From assembly GCA_002269645.1 (NCBI GenBank), contig NIVC01002785.1, positions 9,478 to 73,477 of the forward strand: 64,000 bases of DNA, written 5' to 3'. Below are positions 23,501 to 36,138 of this stretch, in pieces; within the stretch, counting starts at the first letter, position 1, and each line of letters begins with the position of its first letter. The position numbers and the translations under genes are program-made. Source of the DNA: Macrostomum lignano. Taxonomy: Eukaryota. The notes under the pieces are model-generated. The model saw only the letters and a list, made by a program, of their open reading frames with translations. It was not told the DNA's origin and did no database searches.

Positions 23501-25633
23501 TTTGTCAATTTTTAGCAACAGACACTTGGTCACATACACTTGGTCACAGACACTTGGTCACAGATACTTGGTCACAGACACTTGGTCACAGACACTTGGT
23601 CACATACACTTGGTCACATACACTTGGTCACATACACTTGGGTCACAGACACTTGGTCACAGACACTTGGTCACATACACTTGGGTCACAGACACTTGGT
23701 CACAGACACTTGGTCACAGACACTTGGTCACATACACTTGGTCACAGACACTTGGTCACAGACACTTGGTCACAGACACTTGGTCGCATACACTTGGTCA
23801 CATACACTTGGGCACATAAACTTGGTCACAGACACTTGGTCACATAAACTTGGTCACAGACACTTGGTCACATACACTTGGGCACATAAACTTGGTCACA
23901 GACACTTGGTCACATACACTTGGTCACAGACACTTGGTCACAGACACTTGGTCACAGACACTTGGTCACAGACACTTGGTCACAGACACTTGGTCACAGA
24001 CACTTGGTCACATACACTTGGTCACAGACACTTGGTCACAGACACTTGGTCACAGACACTTGGTCACATACACTTGGTCACAGACACTTGGTCACAGACA
24101 CTTGGTCACAGACACTTGGTCACAGACACTTGAGCAGTTAATTTTTTAGTTTAATTTTTTACTCGCAGTAAATTTAAAACTATGAATACCAGATATGTTA
24201 CTATATATTTAGAGTGTAAACAATGAATCATGAACCCAATACTTCTTTTGAACACCAAATAAGGTAAACTCTCTCATTCTCAGTGTGCTCAAGGCGAACT
24301 CTTCACTAGCCTGATCCGACGGCAACTCCGGCAACGATGCCGGCTCGCTCCCAGCAGCTTCGGGCACAAGCGACGACCTGCCTGACACCGACAGTCGGGA
24401 CTCGAACCGGTAGATTGCCTGCGCCAAGTCCAGGTTGCCCAGCAGGCCAATGCTGGGCAGCTCGCCCGAGTAATTTGTCACCCTGCCGTCCGCTAGCTGA
24501 AGCAGCTTGCGGCCCTGGGGTTGGTTGTTGGGATTGGCTTGTTGATTCAATGCGGCCTCTGAGATCTCATTAGCGCCATTTCCTCCGATTTGACACATCT
24601 GAGATCTCATTAGCGCCATTTCCTCCGATTTGACACATCTGAGATCTCATTAGCGCCATTTCCTCCGATTTGACACCTCTGAGATCTCATTAGCGCCATT
24701 TCCTCCAATTTGAAACCTCTGAGATCTCATTAGCGCCATTTCCTCCGATTTGAAACATCTGAGATCTCATTTGCGCCATTTTCTCCAATTTGACACATCT
24801 GAGATCTCATTAGCGCCATTTCCTCCGATTTGAAACATCTGAGATCTCATTAGCGCCATTTCCTCCAATTTGACACATCTGAGATCTCATTTGCGCCATT
24901 TTCTCCAATTTGACACATCTGAGATCTCATTAGCGCCATTTCCTCCAATTTGAAACATCTGAGATCTCATTAGCGCCATTTCCTCCAATTTGAAACATCT
25001 GAGATCTCATTAGCGCCATTTCCTCCAATTTGAAACATCTGAGATCTCATTAGCGCCATTTCCTCCAATTTGAAACATCTGAGATCTCATTAGCGCCATT
25101 TCCTCCGATTTGACACCTCTGAGATCTCATTAGCGCCATTTCCTCCGATTTGAAACATCTGAGATCTCATTTGCGCCATTTTCTCCAATTTGACACATCT
25201 GAGATCTCATTAGCGCCATTTCCTCCAATTTGAAACATCTGAGATCTCATTAGCGCCATTTCCTCCGATTTGACACCTCTGAGATCTCATCATCCTAGAG
25301 ATTATCAAAGACAAAGATTAGAAGAATTCTCAAATGCGAACAGCCAAGTAGCACCTCATTGAACTGCTGGTAGCGGCTGATGCCCAGTTCCTCGGCCAGC
25401 TGGCACACCCGAGGCTGGCAGTCGCCGACCCACTGCCCGCCCAGGTCCCACCAGTCTGTGCCGCCGCTGCCACTGCTAGGCAAGGCGGTGCTCAGGGTCC
25501 GGCCGCCCACCCGGTCCTTGGCCTCCAGCACTAACAGGCGGGCCGCTGGCCGCGACTCCAGCAGGCGGACAGCTGCCACCAGGCCGGAAATTCCAGCGCC
25601 AATTATCAGGGCATCAAATGGCTGGTTGGAAGC
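20533..25633 (-). CDS. Flavin-containing amine oxidase (MAO-like); exons 25633-25355, 24514-24311, 23345-23145, 22308-21891, 20954-20533; start exon not found
   Basis: FAD fold IIGAGISGLVAA..LEAKDRVGGRT, DLGGQWVG, GGAQSLS and FAGTEFA..WVGYMEGAIESGERAA. Exon phases (0,0,0,1) join in frame. Confidence 0.9.
21025..21870. repeat. 24-bp minisatellite (gagaaccggaagttaatcggatta)n, intron 4
   Basis: Tandem units directly visible. Confidence 0.95.
22386..23120. repeat. 32-bp minisatellite (gagatctcagctcagacacctgccttctcgat)n, intron 3
   Basis: Tandem units directly visible. Confidence 0.95.
23517..24130. repeat. 14-bp tandem repeat (cacagacacttggt)n, intron 2
   Basis: Tandem units directly visible. 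Confidence 0.95.
24560..25290. repeat. 40-bp minisatellite (gagatctcattagcgccatttcctccgatttgacacatct)n, intron 1
   Basis: Tandem units directly visible. Confidence 0.95.
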
Positions 25634-28600
25634 CTGAGGACATGATGCTGTTGTTGCAGAACTAATTAATAAAATTAACATTTTACATAGACATTATTCT
25701 TATTATTTAAATTGACTTTATATGTACTTCTACTAGTAGTAGGGTATGAAAAATTATGATTAATAAAGATTTTAAATGCAATAATGTTGTTGACTGAAGA
25801 GAGAGATGAGTCATTTCTTATAGTTCTTTTATAAATTTTAATTCATATATACTCATACCTAATTTATTAAACCTCAACTGGTTATAAAATAAAATATCTT
25901 ATTAATTTATTAATGTATATTCTTACAAAAATATTTATTTAATTTGCATAATTCATCTATTAGTCAAAACCTACATAATTATATAAAAGCCAAATGTAAA
26001 TAAATAACTTTCTAATATACCAGATTACTGCAGAAAGCAAAAATCTGAAAATATATCTGAAAATCTGATATTGATGAATTGAAAAATATATATATTAGTA
26101 AAGGTAAGGTTAAACTATATCCATGGAATTCCTATCGTTTCCTTGATATGACACAACAAAAAAGATTTTTTAAAAATCATTACTTGTTCAAACATGTCTC
26201 AATCATATTCTCGAAAAACATTTAAGAATACTAATATGAGAATCTAATTGCCCATACTTTCCACATTTTATGCACTTTGCTAATTACATAGGAGTATAAT
26301 ACTATATAATGAAAATGCTAATTCAGTCTAAGCGAAAATATCAATTTTAACATTTTCTTTGTTTCTAAGAAAATTATATACTTGAAATTGAAATGTTCCT
26401 CAGGTTATCGGCTGTATAATAAATAAGCAATTAGGTCAGTAAAACATATTTTAGCAACTCAACAGACTTCTTAAGCGGCTTGATAAAAATTATTTTTTTA
26501 TCATAGCAATAAAAGTAAATTTAAGACATAGAATGACGAGACACGGGTGCAGTGCCCTTTCCTTTCTTTTGATCGTTTCTTGCTGTTGTTAAACGAGGAG
26601 GCAAGCTGGGGCAACCCGCGGATCAGCCCAAAGAAGGGCTCTGCCGCTATAGTATAGTAGGGGCCATACTGCCAGGGGCCGAAGCCCGAGAGGCCCAGAT
26701 TGGGACCAGGACTCAAGGCGTGGTGAAGCCTTATTGGATGCTACTAACCCAAGCATGGACTAAGACACCGCCAACCCAATAGTGGAATCAGGGACGGTGC
26801 AAAACCGATCCACCCAAGCCACTCCCAGCGACAAAACCTGAGTGTGCGCGAAAAAGATTGGAATTGAAAATTGATGAGAACGCACTTTTTTCCAAATTTC
26901 ACGCTCGCACATGGGTTCCAAACTTGCTAGCCTACTAACAGCAGGCTATGGGCGTTTTTCTTCCTCTTTTGTAATTTTTCTAGAATTCATACTAGTAGGA
27001 CTTTTGTAGCTATATTAATCTGCCATACTTGTAGTAATAATAAACATAGGCGCGGTTTTTTGCTGCTTTTGGGTCATAAATAATAATTGCGTCTGAGCTA
27101 GTTTGACAGCCACCTGCGCCTCACTCAGTGCTGGGGCTGGCGCCAGATGGTCTGAGAGGATGCGGGCGGTAGCTTTTTTCTCATCATTTTGACAGGCCAT
27201 CAAGATTTATGAGGTCAGGGCCTATTGTTCGTGTTCACTCAAGCGTGTGACACAGCTTTGACAGCTATGCGTTTTACCCCTAAAAGTACGTTGGGATTAG
27301 CGACTAGCGATTTCTCTTTATTACCTTCACTTTCTACTTAATAAGAGCTTTCTAATGTATATTTTTTCATTAATTTCTGTCAATTCTACGCGAAAAGTCA
27401 TAAATCATTTTGTTGCGATTTTGATTGATTTATGGCCGCACCTGTCATATTTTTACGACCCCGAGGGAACTGATAGGATCTCCCGGTCACGTGACTTTGG
27501 GTGGCAACAAGCTCAGTCAATCAGAAAATTTGACGCTCATTTTAACAAATCGACTCAGCCAATCAGAATCGACGTGTTCCATTATAACAAACTGCGGTCC
27601 AGTTGGCGGCTATTTAAACCGGTGTTTTTGGCCCGCTCGGACTAACTTTTCAACCCTTTTTGGAGACCGGCCAGGAACTTGTTCTCTCCCTGGCCCGACC
27701 GTCGTTTCTTGATCCCCGGATTGCGACTCCCCCCATCATCATCAAGGACGAATTCCCCCGGTCATCAGCAGTGAACATCAAAGTTAAGAGCGTCACCTGC
27801 TAGCTATCTGCGAAGACTGTGACAGCATCATCCCGGGTCTACAGCTGCGAAGCACTAAGCCGATTCGGTCACTGTAGATTACCTGGTCTCCGGCTGTTGA
27901 GTTTCTGATTGGTTGGGTGAGAGGCTACCTAGACTTGCTTGATTGGGTGATTCCCTATCTGCCCCCTGTTTCAGTAGCTGGATTAGGCGCACACTTTTGC
28001 TCATTTTGTTCAGTAGTGCTGTTACTGAGGCAGAAACTATTCAATAATACTGCTAGTAGTCTGAAGCTCCAATTTAATCTGAGGTGTGAAGTGATCTAAG
28101 GAGAAGGTTAAATCTAACAGTTATTTTTATCGGTTTTATTTCTTTGTTCGCCGATGGCTCAGATGAGTGGCTAAGCTAGTAGGCGCCGGTCATAGTGAAC
28201 CAATGGCAAGGCAGTTCTCAGTCGATCGATCTATCGAATCAGTTAGCGAAACTGCCAGTAGTGCAGAATCGGCGCCAGAGATGTACTTTGTGCACTCTAG
28301 GTTAGCCAAGCGGCTCGGGTGATGAATCATGCGGTCTCTGAGGTTCGAGTTAGCCTATCATCAGCGCTAGGAGAGGCTGGTTGGCGCGTTGAAGGCCAAA
28401 AGTACAACTCTTCGTATTTAGCAATGTAATAGTACATGTAGCTACCCCATAGTCTCGCCACTGCAAGAATCCCCTGCACAAGTCCCCTCTGTACCTGCAT
28501 GGCCAATGCGATCAAGTCCCAGCAGTGTCCCTTATCATCGGCTATGACTTCGAGATTGACAGCAAAAAGACACTAGTTGGCAGGTAAGTGCTAAGCCCCC

Positions 28601-30265
28601 TCTAGTCGGAAGCCCGATTTCGAAAGGTGGCAGCGGGTTAGTTAATCTGCAGATTAGCTGATCTCTACCTTCAAAATTCTCCCTGCTTGTCTCTCGCTGT
28701 CCCTCCCTTGGCTCTAGACTGCTCGCCACACGATCAAGCTACCATGGGGCTGACCATCTGACAGGAGTGGGGGGCCAGGACTCTAATTGATTTATTTCTG
28801 AGACCTGAGGCCCGAAGGCTTCCCCACAAGGGGGCCGAAAGGTCGAAACCCATCAAAATTTTTGGAAAATTTATTGGTAAGCAATCCGAGAGCGGAAAGA
28901 CCCGATCGACTCTAGGGAAATGGCTTAATTTTGGAAGCGAGAGTCTGAGCAGCTTATTTACCAAGGGCGAGTTTAGTATCAGGTAGGCAACCGCATAAAT
29001 CCTCCTATAGGGCTGCGAGCCTCAAGGCTTTTTTACTACCCAGCTCTAATTAGCCCAAGCCAAGGGGTCGGAGAAGGGGCACCATGGAGCAAAGGGACAC
29101 CGGACTCAGCTGGTTTTCTCCGATTCGGGACGAACTCTTCCCCAGCAGGGACACCAATCCACTGTGAGGGATGAGAGCCAGAGACACAAAAGCAGGGAGA
29201 CTTCCAGAGGAGCCAGCAGATGGACCAAGGGAGCAGGTGGAATCACAGAGGCGAGATCTATCAACTCCTAAATCGCTTCTTGTTACTAGAAAAAATTATG
29301 GTTCATAAAAGAAAGTTTTTTCGTCTTTATGAAATTTATTATTTGCAAAACGACCCCATGCCAGGCCTCAGAGTGCAGAAATATAATCACTCCCGGTCGC
29401 CGCCCGGCCACTTCTGTCAGGTGGTCAAGCCCCAAGGTAGCAAGCTGGTTGCCCCAAGATGTGGCGACCATGCAGCTACGCTCTAGAGGTAAAAGAAGGC
29501 AGCGATAGACGAGCAGAGAAATTTAAAAGTTAGAAATTGGCTATACCTTTAATCCTAAGCTAGGCCAAACCACGGTCACCTACCGAGCGAACTACATATG
29601 TAGCTCTCTCGAACTTGGAGTTCCGACTAGAACACTATTAACTAACCTGTCAACTACATGTAGTATGTCAATGGTCATAAGCCGATAAAAGGGACGCTGC
29701 TGGGGCTGGATCGCATTTGCAACGACAGAGAAGAATTTTTGCAGCGGAGTTCTTGCGAGGCGAGTGTACAGCTGCAGTGTACAGGGTCGGGGATGTACTA
29801 TTACTTTATCTAAATCCCATATGCAAGCTTCTCCCCATTATAAATGTGACTGAAACTCTCCGGCAGCGCTGATCCAGGGAAAAAATTGTTTTGTGATCAA
29901 ATCTGCCCTCTCATGCACTAAGCTGGTGCAAATATACTCAAGATGATTCAGAGCTAATAAGCGAAGTTCTCATTATTATAAACACGCAATTTTTTTTGCC
30001 TCAAAAAGTTCCGCAAATGAAAAGCAAGCAAGCAAAGTGCAATGCTCAATCGAGCTACTGAGAACGGGGTCAGATAAAGAGCACAACTGCCCAGCTAAGC
30101 AAGTTCCAAGTAGCCTCTCACGTACCCAACTAATCAGATATACTCAGACTGCCGATGGCCAAGGAATCCTGAGACCGCCAGACGCAGGACATTTTTGGTA
30201 GAGTAAAGGGCGCTGAAATCTTGATGCCGATCCAGCATTTGATTTTGATATGTTGTGCATCACCG

Positions 30266-30818
30266 TGCATCACCGTGCATCACAGTGCATCACCGTGCAT
30301 CACCGTGCATCACCGTGCATCACCGTGCATCACCGTGCATCACCGTGCATCACCGTGCATCACCGTGCATCACAGTGCATCACCGTGCATCACCGTGCAT
30401 CACCGTGCATCACCGTGCATCACCGTGCATCACCGTGCATCACCGTGCATCACCGTGCATCACCGTGCATCACAGTGCATCACCGTGCATCACCGTGCAT
30501 CACCGTGCATCACCGTGCATCACCGTGCATCACCGTGCATCACCGTGCATCACCGTGCATCACCGTGCATCACCGTGCATCACCGTGCATCACCGTGCAT
30601 CACCGTGCATCACCGTGCATCACCGTGCATCACCGTGCATCACCGTGCATCACCGTGCATCACAGTGCATCACCGTGCATCACCGTGCATCACCGTGCAT
30701 CACCGTGCATCACCGTGCATCACCGTGCATCACCGTGCATCACCGTGCATCACCGTGCATCACCGTGCATCACCGTGCATCACCGTGCATCACCGTGCAT
30801 CACCGTGCATCACCGTGT
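30266..30818. repeat. 10-bp satellite (caccgtgcat)n
   Basis: About 55 nearly perfect copies. Confidence 0.97.
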
Positions 30819-32087
30819 ATCCCGCGAAGACGTTGGCATGTCACAATCCGGCACACGTAGTAGATTCTGATCGGCAACATTTTTGAGAAATTAGAAGAGC
30901 CAAAAAAACTTATGAAGTCCGGCGAGCACTGAAAAATGACAGGTGCTGTCATAAATCATCCGATTTTGATACAAAATGATTTATGAGTTTCAGCAATGCC
31001 AAGTCCAAAATCGACATAAAAATACAGTTACTTTGGATCGGGGATTGATGAGGAGAGTGCAATGGGATATTCTAAGAGAAGATTAGGATTAAAACGAATA
31101 TTAGGGGTTAAGATTACACCTAATCCAAATATCGATTTTTCACCGTGTAGAGTATCACAAGTATCACCGTGTATCTCAGAGTAGCACCCAAGGACAACTA
31201 AAGCAACGTATATACAGGACGCGACTTTCACTTTTCATGGAAAAAGTTTTGAAGGCCAGTTTTCGCCGAAAAATACACTACGGATACAGGAAGTTTTCAT
31301 TTTTTCAGCACTAAAATTGTGATTGCCTTCGATAGGAAGCAGACCCAGTGTTCATATTTTAATATGTTGTGCCTTTCTTATTGCTCTATCAATTTTCATA
31401 AAGCTTTTTGTTCAGAAAATTAGGATTCTATGATAATTTTTGATTCTACGCACTATTGCACGTGCCCTATGCCTAAAAACCCATTAAGATGGTTTGGCTC
31501 GGCTCATTGATTTTATGAATCTGTTTTTTCATTCTTAGCTGACTGTGTAACAATATGTGTAACAGAGATTATGAAATAGATGCATAAAACCTATGAGTCG
31601 GGCTGTGCCATGCACTTTTATGATTTTAGGTATAGGAAATGTACTTAGAATAAAAATAACATCCGCGGTGCCGTAGAATCCCAATTTTCTGAACGAAAAG
31701 CTTTATGAATGTCAATAGAATTACAAGAAAGGCCAGACATACCAAAAGACAAACATTGGGTCTGCGTGTCCTATCGAAAGCAATAAAAATTTTTGTGTTG
31801 AAAAAATGCACTAATGATACAGCATCGGCCCATGCATGTACAAAAATTTCTATACTCGTACATGCCAATTTGCTTGTGCAAAGACCGTCCAGATCGTCAG
31901 GTAGGCTGGCGACTCCGTCAGCGTGACCCTTTTGTGGCGAACCCTTTGTGGGGACCCTTTGACTTAACTTGACTTAGCTGCAGGGCTGTCCCGGAGGGGA
32001 CACGGTGGGAAGGCACAGACGACGCCCAGGGAGGCCCCCCAGTTGTGCAGCTGTGTTGCGCTCTGGAAAGTAGAGTTTAGCCTAGAG

Positions 32088-33271
32088 CACAGAATATAGA
32101 CAGAATGGCCGATCAGCCCTCTCGCAGAAAAATCTGCCGCAAAAAGTATTAGCATATTTAGCTACTTTTGTGATGAAGAAAGATAGTAGTCACTTATACT
32201 TACTCGTATGCGGCTCGGAAAGGTTCTGCCATAGACGACTGAGACTGCGAGTAGCAGCAGCCGATGCCATAGAATATACAGTATATTCTGTGACAGCGGC
32301 TGCTGCTACTGACATTAATAAGGCAGTGATTGGCAGCAACGAAGGCATTAACAGAGACAACTGTAACATTATGACAGCATCAAGAAGGCAATGCGCTGCT
32401 CATGGCTGCCAGAATTACGCAAACAAATGTCCTGCACAAACGAGATTTCATCGTTTCCCAGCAAACCGTGAAAGGTATGTTCATGTACATGCGTGACTTG
32501 CCTGCTATTGCCACACAGTCATTCACTGAAACCTCACTACTGTAGGTGTGAAGATTGGGCTCGGCACATCTTCCGATCAGACCTCTTGGGCAAGAAAAAC
32601 AAAGCGAGGTGGAAGAACGCTGTCGTGTGCAGCCACCATTTTCCCGACAGCATGTACGTGTGTCCTGACCAGAGACATGAGCCTGGGGTCAGACTGATGC
32701 CCACGGCATACCCGACGCTCCAGCTGTACAAAGAAAGAGCAGAACCTTACCGCTGCAGTTAAAAGAATGGGACTCACGCTTTCCGGCATCGTGTGTGACC
32801 AGGAGTCTACTCAGTGGCAGTGTTTGCGACAGTTAGGTGCGAATCCTGATCGCCCTTCCGTGTGCATCGAAGTAGACGGAGTTCAGTCACTGATTCCAGC
32901 TTTCATCGATGTTCCTCATTGCTTAAAGAACATGCGAAATGCTCTGCATAAGCATTGCATTGAATTTGATTATAGCGGCACTCGAAAAACTGCAAACTGG
33001 GCAGATATTGTTGCTGTGGCTCAAGTAGAACTAGGAAAGCCTGGAATCAATTATTAATCAGCCTAGGCACTGCCAAACCTGTTAATTTTAAATTCTGAAG
33101 CAGTATCTAAGTTTATAGAATCATACGCAGAGTCTACATATATTATAAATATACATTTGCATATCGAGTTTTCATAACTACTGCTCCGCTTCACCACAAA
33201 AGTAGTTTGTTTGCATATTAATTTCCAAACATTCTACGACAGCCGAACGGGCATTCTGTCTATATTCTGTG
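32088..33271 (+). mobile_element. Internally deleted P-element-family (THAP) DNA transposon
   Basis: TIR CACAGAATATAGACAGAATG(G/C)CCG at both ends and a perfect 8-bp TSD gcctagag (32080-32087, 33272-33279). THAP domain (C..GC..RFP, W, CS.HF, PTL) is split by intron 32475-32545. Core fragment CDQ...DVPHCLKNMRNAL. Confidence 0.92.
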
Positions 33272-33279
33272 GCCTAGAG

Positions 33280-34085
33280 GGTGGCCCGTAGGTAGCGCAT
33301 TGAGCTTTTGTACGATTTTGGGTCTGTTGGATCGTTTCGTAATGCTGTCATTTCTGAGTACTTGGAGAATTGGTGCACCGTAGGTCATGGCGCTCTCAAC
33401 ATATGCTCTGTAGAGCATTTTTAGTGTCTCACTGCTGAGTTTGGTGAGTTTGGAGATTCGATGGATTGACATAATAAGTGCTCTGCATTTGGTGATTACA
33501 GCCTTACACTGGGGTTTCAGGGTGAGTCTATAGTCAAGGTTAATGCCCAGAAATTTCACTTCTTTTTGGTAGGTTAGGGTTGCGTCTCCTAGTTTTAGTT
33601 CCGGCCTGATGTCCCTTCTAGTCGGGTTCGCTGGGGCATAGGAAAAGACTATAGCTTGACTTTTGCTAGCATTTATTTTGATGCCTTGTTCTCCGCACCA
33701 GGCCCAAAGGCTGTTCAGGTAGGGTTGAACTATATTTCGGAGTTCTCCGAAGGAATTGACAGATCCCCAGATGGCCATGTCATCTGCAAATTGGCTCTTC
33801 TTGATGTCTGGATGACCCGTTTGGGGCATTGTGCTGATGAAGAGCAGGTATAAGAAGGGGCTGAGTAATGAGTATACCTCCCTGGGGAACGCCTGCCATA
33901 ATTTGAAACGAGTCACTAAGGATGTTGTTAACCTTGAACCGAAAACTTCTGTTCTCAAGGTAGTTAAAGCAGATCCTGGTAATGGCTGTTGGCAAGTCTA
34001 CCTGGAACATTCTATACCTAATATAGTTATGGACCATCGTGTCAAAGGCTCCCTCCACATCGAGAAAGATGCCTAGGCTTCTCAA
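33280..34085 (-). pseudogene. 5'-truncated LINE (Jockey/I-like) RT fragment
   Basis: LDVEGAFD, GVPQG, LSPFLY, QFADD and VKFLGINLD motifs with a frameshift. Confidence 0.85.
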
Positions 34086-34094
34086 GTGTTCTGC

Positions 34095-34660
34095 TTCTAC
34101 TAAATTTACATCTGGAGCTGCAAAAGTTTACGGTAAAACTGAGATGCTCCCGAATAACATTTCAAGTTAGCTGCACCGGCCCCTTCTCATTTTGCATGGC
34201 CTGCGCGCATATAGAACACGGACTACTTAAGTACGACAATTAAGTAGTCCGTGATATAGACTAGTCTAGCAACACGCCAAATGCTCGCTGCACAATCTTA
34301 GTAAAGGCATTTAGGCAGGTCGCAGAAAAAAAACGACAGAAAAATGATAAATCTTTCCGAATCCAGCTGCCAACAAACCTAAGCCACCCCCTGTTGAGCA
34401 GTGGAGCAGCCCCAAACCAGTGCTGTCGAACCTCTGGGGTAGTTGAAGCCCTGCTCAATACGCCGTAAACAACGCCGTGTGCAGTGGTTTCAGCGCCAAA
34501 ATTATCCGGAGCAGTGGCCCTGGAAATTGTCTTTTTGAATGCGTGTGCGCACAGAATCCATGCCTGAGAGTTTTGGGAGCCTTTCGTTTGGGGCTATAGA
34601 GAGTTGTTTCTATTTCAAAAGCATTCATCGCGAATGCACACAATAGGCGACCTTAGATGA
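34095..34660. repeat. Diverged duplicated block, second copy ~47060-47660
   Basis: Shared aactgagatgctcccgaataacatttcaagtt and gagcagccccaaaccagtgctgtcga, among others. Confidence 0.75.
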
Positions 34661-34667
34661 AACACCT

Positions 34668-35277
34668 TTAGTTCTGCAGGATAGGTGTTTTAGGTCTGCA
34701 GGATAGGTGTTTTAGGTCTGCAGGATTACTTGTGCTTTAGGTCTGCAAGATGAGTGTGTTTTAGGTCGGTATTAGGTCTGCAGGATAGGTGTTTTAGGTC
34801 TGCAGGATAGGTGTTTTAGGTCTGCATGATAGGTGTTTTAGGTCTGCATGATAGGTGTTTTAGGTCTGCAGGATAGGCGTGTTTTAGGTCTGCAAGATAG
34901 GCGTGTTTTAGGTCTGCAGGATAGGTGTTTTAGGTCTGCATGATAGGTGTTTTAGGTCTGCATGATAGGTGTTTTAGGTCTGCAGGATAGGCGTGTTTTA
35001 GGTCTGCAAGATAGGCGTGTTTTAGGTCTGCAGGATAGGTGTTTTAGGTCTGCAGGATAGGTGTTTTAGGTCTGCAGGATAGGTGTTTTAGGTCTGCAGG
35101 ATAGGTGTTTTAGGTCTGCAGGATAGGTGTTTTAGGTCTGCAGGATAGGTGTTTTAGGTCTGCAGGATAGGTGTTTTAGGTCTGCAGGATAGGCGTGTTT
35201 TAGGTCTGCAGGATAGGCGTGTATTAGGTCTGCAGGATAGGCGTGTATTAGGTCTGCAAGATAGGCGTGTTTTAGGT
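34668..35277. repeat. 22/24-bp minisatellite (ggtctgcaggataggtgtttta)n, array 1
   Basis: Same unit as 38293-39725; both are followed by the same ~650-bp Ly6 3' flank. Confidence 0.95.
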
Positions 35278-35717
35278 CTGATTTTGTCTCTTTGGAAGTT
35301 GATTTAGTGCTTTTTGTGTAGTGAATAATTTCCACAAAGCCCCTGTATCAGCATTTTACAAATAAGCAAAATTATCTTGCCAATAGGCGGTCAGTACTGG
35401 CTTGCTAAGAGTTTGTTAAAAGCCGAAGAAGCTACAAATTAAAAAAAGAATATCGTGGTTTAATAGGAAGTTAGACAAGCAAGTCTGCTGCTAACATTGA
35501 TCTAAACCGAATAAATAAAAAATGAAAAAACGTAAACAGAGAATGTTGAGAATATTTTGATATGGAGGTTAGGTACAGGCAATCGAGTTTATACTAAAAA
35601 ACAAAACTTGATACTGAAGGATCTGGCAATTTGTTTATATGAGTTCAGCTGTTTAAGTCTAGCTTAAATTTAGAGTTCCTATCGTATCAGGATCTTCTGC
35701 TGTTGCTAAGCAGTGGC

Positions 35718-36099
35718 TCACAGCCGGCAGCTGATGACGGCCATGGCGGCAGCTGGCAGCAGCAGCAGCCAGGAGAGGCTGCGGAGGCGCTCACCGGAGT
35801 TGCAAAAGTCACTGCTGCAGCAGTAGACGTAGTTTCCATACCTGTCCGTTCCCCCACGGCAGTAGCTGGCACATAAGCGGTCCACAGTTGTGGTGCCGTA
35901 GTACTTGTATTTCTGCAATTAGTCATGCGGAATGCTGAGGTGACTTATGAGCTGGTTAGACTGTCTGTCTGACAGTTTTAACTCACTGCGCAGTAGGTGC
36001 AGCCGCTAACAACATTGTTCTGACTGCTGTAGAATTTCTCGCTGCAGGTTGTGCAGTTGTAGCAATCCAGAAAAAGGGCATCGGCATTGAGCGTCACAA
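35718..36099 (-). CDS. Ly6/uPAR three-finger GPI-type protein L2 (exons 36099-35987, 35912-35718; signal exon not found)
   Basis: CYNCTTC..GCTYC..LCASYC..YCCSSDFCN followed by a hydrophobic tail; canonical splice sites. Confidence 0.75.
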
Positions 36100-36138
36100 C
36101 TGCATGGGCGAATTAGTTAGCGAGTAAATTTACTCATT

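Noticed and set aside
20232-25290. Regular repeat arrays as CRISPR-like loci
   Set aside because: Units are head-to-tail with no unique spacers, there are no cas genes, and the context is eukaryotic introns. The same applies to all other arrays in the window.
25690-26500. AT-rich block possibly a decayed transposase or the missing amine oxidase first exon
   Set aside because: No sustained reading frame or clear motif could be supported.
28825-28850. GGCCGAAAGGTCGAAAC, resembling hammerhead stem II plus GAAAC
   Set aside because: The required upstream CUGANGA is absent and no stem I/III pairing was found.
30221-30886. His/Cys-rich 200-aa ORFs (ASPCITVHHR)n suggesting a metal-binding protein
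   Set aside because: Open in all three frames because the 10-bp unit has no stop; no splice or start context.
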